Of a stretch of DNA of 64,000 nucleotides, positions 58,801-64,000 are shown one piece after another. The translations under genes were made by a program, and so were the position numbers. The DNA is from Rhodosorus marinus CCMP1338 (lineage: Eukaryota; Plantae; Rhodophyta), in contig JAMWBK010000007.1 of assembly GCA_029953675.1 (NCBI GenBank), positions 1,054,001-1,118,000 on the forward strand, given 5' to 3'. Each line of letters opens with the position of its first letter. Positions within the stretch are counted from its first letter, which is position 1. The notes beneath the pieces are model-generated. The model saw only the letters and a program-made list of their open reading frames with translations, was not told the DNA's origin and ran no database searches.

Positions 58801-59460
58801 CTGGGTCGTTGCGAAACAGAGCTCGCAGCCAGCGAGAACCTACACTATCTATCAAGCCAAAGTACTCAATAATGAAGGGGACGAACCGGAATGTCACCGC
58901 CGAATCGCGAAAGGTAGGGTTTGACATCGACAGCTCCGTGAGGAGGCTATCAAGACGACTTGGGCTGTGATTATCATCCCTGCGTCTAATTTGGACAACC
59001 TGTGGCATAGAGTCAGTGAGTGGGTTTCATCCCGCTGATGACGCGCGTCCACAAACAAAGCAGAATTGGAGCGCCACAGGGTCAAAGAAAGCTCCGTGAG
59101 CAGACTATCTAAACGCCCTGGGTCGTTGCGAAACAGAGCTCGCAGCCAGCGAGAACCTACACTATCTATCAAGCCAAAGCACTCAATAATGAGGGGGACG
59201 AACCGGACTGTCACCGCCGAATCGCGAAAGGTAGGGTTTGATATCGACAGCTCCGTGAGGAGGCTATCAAGACGACTTGGGCTGTGATTATCATCCCTGC
59301 GTCTAATTTGGACAACCTTTGGCATAGAGTCAGTGAGTGGGTTTCATCATCATCACGTTTATTCAGAGCCTAACTACCCTGAGAAGCGAGAGACAAGACA
59401 CTGATGACGCGCGTCTGCAAACAAAGCAGCATTTGAGCGCCACAGGGTCGAAGAAATCGC
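52876..59460. mobile_element. Nest 2: further self-nested non-LTR (RLE) fragments from at least two subfamilies
   Basis: Same CCHC/RLE motifs as nest 1, with about 11 further 3' termini. The longest copy (about 54880-56330, minus) runs from the post-RT region to RFSG* and ends TTAGGCTCTGATAAAC(TGA)n. Confidence 0.95.
58084..59346. repeat. Tandem array of four 317-bp composite units
   Basis: The anchor ctgatgacgcgcgtccacaaac occurs at 58084, 58401, 58718 and 59035 (exact 317 period); units are nearly identical. Confidence 0.97.
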
Positions 59461-60438
59461 TGCGTCTAATTTGGACAACCTTTGGCATAGAGTCAGCGGG
59501 TTCCATCCCCGCGATCTTTGTCATTGGACACGTTTTAGAGTGGATCGTATGTCATCTATACTCTGTTCCATCAAAGAGGAGCTTCTAAGAGATGTCAGAT
59601 TGGCGCAGGAGATGGAAATTGGAGCTTTTAGGAAAACCTCTTGCAGTGCAAATTTCGTGGGCCAACAACAGCAAACCAGCAAACCAGCAAACCCACCTGG
59701 TGGCCAATGATCCCATTCCTCGCCGTCCACATGATGACTACTTAGTCCTTTTGTTTCGCAATAATTTATTAAAATAGATTTTTTTTATAATAGATAATAT
59801 GCAGCGGATCCTATCCTAACGCTTTTGGGATGAATTCTGAGGGGTGGGTTCTATTTTGCCAGTGACGTGATCAGAAATAGTTTCTGAATGAAAATATGGG
59901 GTTTTTGCAAGATATTTTGCACAAATAGTGAGTATGTTCTGGGGGGACAAAGTATGTTGCGTGTGTACCTCGAGCGTTCCGTGGAGGCTGGAATATACTC
60001 CGACGTGTCCCACGACAGGTGGGACATCGTCGTACCAGTGTTTGAGCGGTGGGCCCCGTTCGGAACCAATGTCCAAGCCGTTCTCAAGGCCTTTCCTTGC
60101 ATTTGGATAGCTACTGGAGTGAGACTAGACCTTCCGCCCCTTCACCACAAAGGCCATTGTGAAGGCCCAGAGTACTGTCCCGAGGTTGGAGTGGAAAGAA
60201 ATCTAGGATTCTTGTTCGGTACTCAATTGACGTCGCGTTGGCTGTTCGGAGGGCTGGAGAGGGGGTACTTATACACAGCTTATACGCCAAGTTGGGTTGT
60301 TGGTGAACGCTTTCGGCGATTGGGGTAAGAGAGGAGGCGTGTGAGGTCGTATGGTGAGGGATGGTGACAGAAGAGATGGATATGTTCTTTGATTGGAGCG
60401 GGTGATGGTTTGGTTGTGCGGAGGGAGGGCTGGGGTGA

Positions 60439-61574
60439 ATGATGATGTGGCTGGTGGGAGCAGTTTTCAAGGCTCTTAGGGTAGCTTCGAATCTTGTATT
60501 TTTTTTTGAGGCTCAGCGCTTGCTGGGATGTTTGATCAAGCCTACTTCTGACGAGAGGGTCCAACGTGTGGACCAGAAGGTACTGGAGGCGGCCGGGGTT
60601 GAGTTGCGTCATGAGAATGTAAAGTGCGCGGGGTACAAGATTCGTACCGTCTTCTGCGGGAATCCGACGGACCCACCGCTGGTCCTCATTCATGGGCACT
60701 CGATGAGCAGCTCGTTCTGGTATAGAAACTTTGCAGACCTTGTGAATATGGGCTACTACGTGATAGGACTGGATTTGCTCGGTTGGGGTCGGTCGGAGCG
60801 ACCTTTCTACTCTGGCGAGACTGTAGAGGACAGCGTTCATTTCTACATGGAGTCTTTCAACGAATGGAGAGTAAATTTGCGGTTGGAAAAGTTCAGCGTT
60901 ATCGCGCACAGCATTGGTGCGTACCTGGCGTACGAGTTTGCCAAAAGGCACCCTGGCACCGTGACCAGGCTAATGCTGGTCACTCCCGCGGCCATTGAAC
61001 AGAGGCTTTCCCTCCTGACGGGGATATACTTTACCCTCACACCACAGGTAGAAGACCTGAACTGAAATGGACGTTGACTGTACGCGCCGAGCGCCCATGT
61101 GCTAACCTTACTTTGCCATGATTTTGTCGAATTTTTTTTTAGACCGTCGCGAGGCGACTAGGTCTTTTGGGATATTTATTGTTTGAGATGAAGTTCCCAA
61201 AGGAGGAGCCGTATACGGCAAACAGTCTGAAAGATTTGACATGGCAACTGAACTGTCGACCAACGCCTTCAGGCGACATTGCGATTCGGCATCTGATCGA
61301 GTTCGAATCATGGAACAGGCCCGTAGTGAAACGTCCGTTCATCAACAGCCTGGAGCACCTCGAGATGCCCGTGCACGTCGTATCGGCCGACATGGACACC
61401 CTGGTTTCCATTCAATCGGTGGAGAACCTTTACAGAGCTCTAGTCAAGACCGGCACCGAGTGTACATACAACGTGACGATCGGATCGAACCACTGCCCTT
61501 TCCTCGAGGTCCCTGATCAGTTTCGAGAGATCGTAGGAAAATATTTCGACAGAAAAATGCGAGCCGGTGCTTAA
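60439..61574 (+). CDS. Alpha/beta hydrolase, ABHD4/ABHD5 (CGI-58)/Ict1-like lipid hydrolase or acyltransferase
   Basis: PLVLIHGHS, IGLDLLGWGRSERP, nucleophile elbow IAHSIGAY and C-terminal NHCPFLE. Intron 61048-61142 has a GCTAAC branch site. Confidence 0.9.
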
Positions 61575-62000
61575 ACTATGACCGAAATTATTTAATCTAA
61601 GCGGAAAAAGTCTCCACCTCCCCCTCCTCCGTGTCCTTAAAGTAGTACGCTATCATGCCGCGTGTGATCACATCTACAATTGTTGTCTTCAAACCTGTTG
61701 CTAAATAAAATCTATAGGCATTGGTTGGGAGTCCAGAACATTCAATAAAGATCCTCTTCCTTTCTCCTTCCCAGTCTCGCTCGGAGCTCTACTGGCTTCG
61801 TTGGTAGAGACCCAGCAGTTGCTGGATGATTCTTGATAGGCGCAGCTCCGAAATTCGTGCTTGGCGCGTAGAGGACCTGTCGCCCGGTTGCTCTGCCTCT
61901 CCACGCCACACCTTCGAGGCAGATCAGCCAGTCGAGATCGCTCGGCAGATAGAGAAATTACCGTCCCACGATCATCCAGTAATGGACGCTCATGTTGGAA

Positions 62001-63162
62001 TCAGCGATAAGCAGAGCTCCCGTGTCTGTTTTGTAGCTCCAAGTGAGGCTTTGTTCGCTTTCGACGCGCTGACCAACCACGACTTGCTGCAGGACTGTGT
62101 AGGCGACAGAAAAGAGCAGAAGACATTGGAGAAGGGTAAGGGACTGTTCCAGGCTCAACTCCGTTTCCAATCAGGAGCGCTGGTTTTCTCCTGCTCACCG
62201 TGAAACGTCGCACAGAAACATGTCGACATGGGAACGTGGGCTTGTGCTTCGCGACCTTCGAGTAGGGTAGCAAGCCATGTTGTCGTACACGGTAGGAGAC
62301 GCCCGAGATGCCGAAAACCACGTCAACTCGTGAACGAAAAGCCCTGCTTGGTTTCCTAGCAGGCTTCTGAGTTTCCTCACGAGCTCGTCCCTTCCAATCC
62401 CGTGCCACAGATTTTTCAGAACGGCCTTTTCAAATTCTTCCACATGGGCAGTCCAGAAGATCGCCTGAAGATCCCGCCTGATCCACTCCCGAAGATTGCG
62501 ATCCAAAAGCACAACGATACGGCCGCTGTGATATGCCCGTGGGTCAATGCACTGCTTGATACCCAGAGCATACTGACGAACAGATCAACGAAAAAAAGAG
62601 GCATCAAACGGTAGCAAACATCAGCGAAAGCAAGAGTTGCAGTCTCTTCTGGAGGATAGGGTTCTCCGAGGGCATACCAATCTTTCCTTGTACACGATTC
62701 TCCTCCAGAGGTGCTCTTCTCCAAGTCCCTGAGGGAGATCTTCCAGCATTGCGCTGCGGTATTCAGAGATCATGCTCTGTCGAGATTTTCTTCGCCACTC
62801 CGTATGGCTAGGCGATCTTCTTTGCAAATTCACCACCGAGACCTCCCCGGTTCCTCTCTTAGTGTAGTAGAACGACTCAAGCGTCTTATTGCACAGCGGA
62901 CAGGGTACGCGCTTCTTCCTCTTCGCCCACTCTTTCAGACAATCCGTACAGAACCTATACAAACACAACCAACGTCAGGTAACGAAGTCAGTAAGACAAG
63001 AGCACATTGCAGCAAAACGAAACCGCCTCCATGCGGCATGAAAAATAAACGGAACCCCACGTACTGATGAAAACATGGAAACGTCACCGCGAGCTTTTTC
63101 ATCTGCTCAAAGCAGATAGGGCAGACATCACTCTCGTCAACTCGCACTTCACTAATATCCAT
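62001..63162 (-). CDS. RING-HC E3 ligase, TOPORS-like (RING plus PWI-like region)
   Basis: CPICFEQM..FPCFHQ-FCTDCLKEW..CPLC (split by an intron), and REWIRRDLQAIF..LFVHELTWFSASRASPTVYDNMACY, followed by an RS-rich stretch. Confidence 0.85.
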
Positions 63163-63247
63163 CTCACAACCTCGCGCTCCCCCCCACCGGCCAATTCTCA
63201 ATAAAATCGTTTCCTTTTACACTCCCCAAAAACTAAAACTCGAACGA

Positions 63248-63691
63248 TCAATTCTCAAAATTTTCTAGTTTATCACGTCCTACAATATCAAAACTCCGAG
63301 CACACGTCCGTGCTCCCCAATTCCTCTCTCGACTCGCCAGTAGCTCGACGAAAACCAAAATTAGATCCAAAGCAAAACTTGTCTTGGCTTTTCCAACGGT
63401 GTTTCCTACTTGCCCTGAACTGCCTGCACAGGAACTCTTCCAAACCCAAACCACGGAACTGTTGTTTTCTCTCTCTCTCAAAGCAAAGCCTCTATGGACG
63501 TTTTCCTCATTCAATATCTCCTGGCATGGTGCTGGAAGTGGATATCGCTTCCCGCATTGTGAGTGTTGAGTGAGAATATCTTCGGAGATATCGACATGAT
63601 CTATGGAACGAGTAGCTAGTGGGCACACACACAGTCCTGGTGGTTTGTCTCGATGAAAGCTACTGTTTGTAAACGAGGCTTCCAAAAGCAT
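63248..63691 (-). CDS. Possible terminal exon of a gene continuing beyond the window
   Basis: A 147-codon open frame with protein-like composition and no recognisable motif. Confidence 0.3.
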   Translation of the reverse strand: MLLEASFTNSSFHRDKPPGLCVCPLATRSIDHVDISEDILTQHSQCGKRYPLPAPCQEILNEENVHRGFALRERENNSSVVWVWKSSCAGSSGQVGNTVGKAKTSFALDLILVFVELLASRERNWGARTCARSFDIVGRDKLENFEN

Positions 63692-64000
63692 ATCTTATTG
63701 CGGGAAGGCGTCTCTTCTTCCGGATGAATGGTTAGAACTATTCGCTCAGATCACCTAACGGACATATTGCCCCACGGAACCGGGAAACACGCCATGGGAT
63801 TTCTACACTGCAAGGGCATCGGTTACTGATTTCTGTTTTCGTTTTCGTTTTTCTCTGGTCGGTAAGGTGATAACATTTACAGAGTCGAATCAATCGCCAC
63901 GTCCTTCAAGTCACGTTTGCGATCCACCATCAATAACCTGGCAATATAAGCGATTTCCGCTCCAGCGCTTATAACATGTCCGGACAGACCGCGCTTTTAA

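Noticed and set aside
58084-59346. CRISPR-like array
   Set aside because: Units are 317-bp near-identical tandem copies with no unique spacers; the context is eukaryotic and there are no cas genes.
61826-62203. 125-aa plus-strand ORF
   Set aside because: It overlaps the 3' end of the TOPORS-like gene in antisense and has no motif.
1-64000. tRNA, rRNA or snRNA genes
   Set aside because: None recognised by eye; a covariance-model scan (tRNAscan-SE, Infernal/Rfam) would be needed to exclude them.

Overview
Eukaryotic nuclear DNA of about 50% GC with short GT-AG introns (roughly 60-120 nt, CTAAC/GTAAC-type branch sites). Several genes carry Phe-containing N-terminal plastid-transit-like peptides (MNFIPS..LQM, MGFVSCF.., MDPVTCGFVP..), so a red alga is the most likely source (inference). 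Layout: (i) 1-2.5 kb, a decayed Ty3/gypsy pol; (ii) 4-40 kb, a compact gene-rich arm: secreted Cys-rich protein, HS3ST-like sulfotransferase, FtsX/MacB-like permease, PRP40 with four WW domains, HIT/HINT with two micro-exons, plastid membrane protein, gamma-tubulin complex component, DnaJ-type Zn finger, cap methyltransferase-like protein, RPAC1, PPR protein, Fes1; (iii) 40.7-59.5 kb, a dense retroelement nest; (iv) 60-64 kb, an ABHD4/5-like hydrolase and a TOPORS-like RING protein. The nest is the most unusual feature. A CRE/R2-type non-LTR retrotransposon family (RT, CCHC knuckle, restriction-like endonuclease) has inserted into its own copies many times. I count about 24 3' termini in about 18 kb. 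They carry (ATC)n or (TGA)n trinucleotide tails instead of poly(A). Several are TSD-flanked inserts of only 20-34 nt, most resolvable ones are antisense to the host copy, and one internal site was hit repeatedly. The nest also holds a chromovirus with a ~765-bp inverted duplication of its integrase and a 4 x 317-bp TE-derived nascent satellite. All calls come from reading motifs by eye; no database searches were run, and multi-exon boundaries are approximate unless stated.
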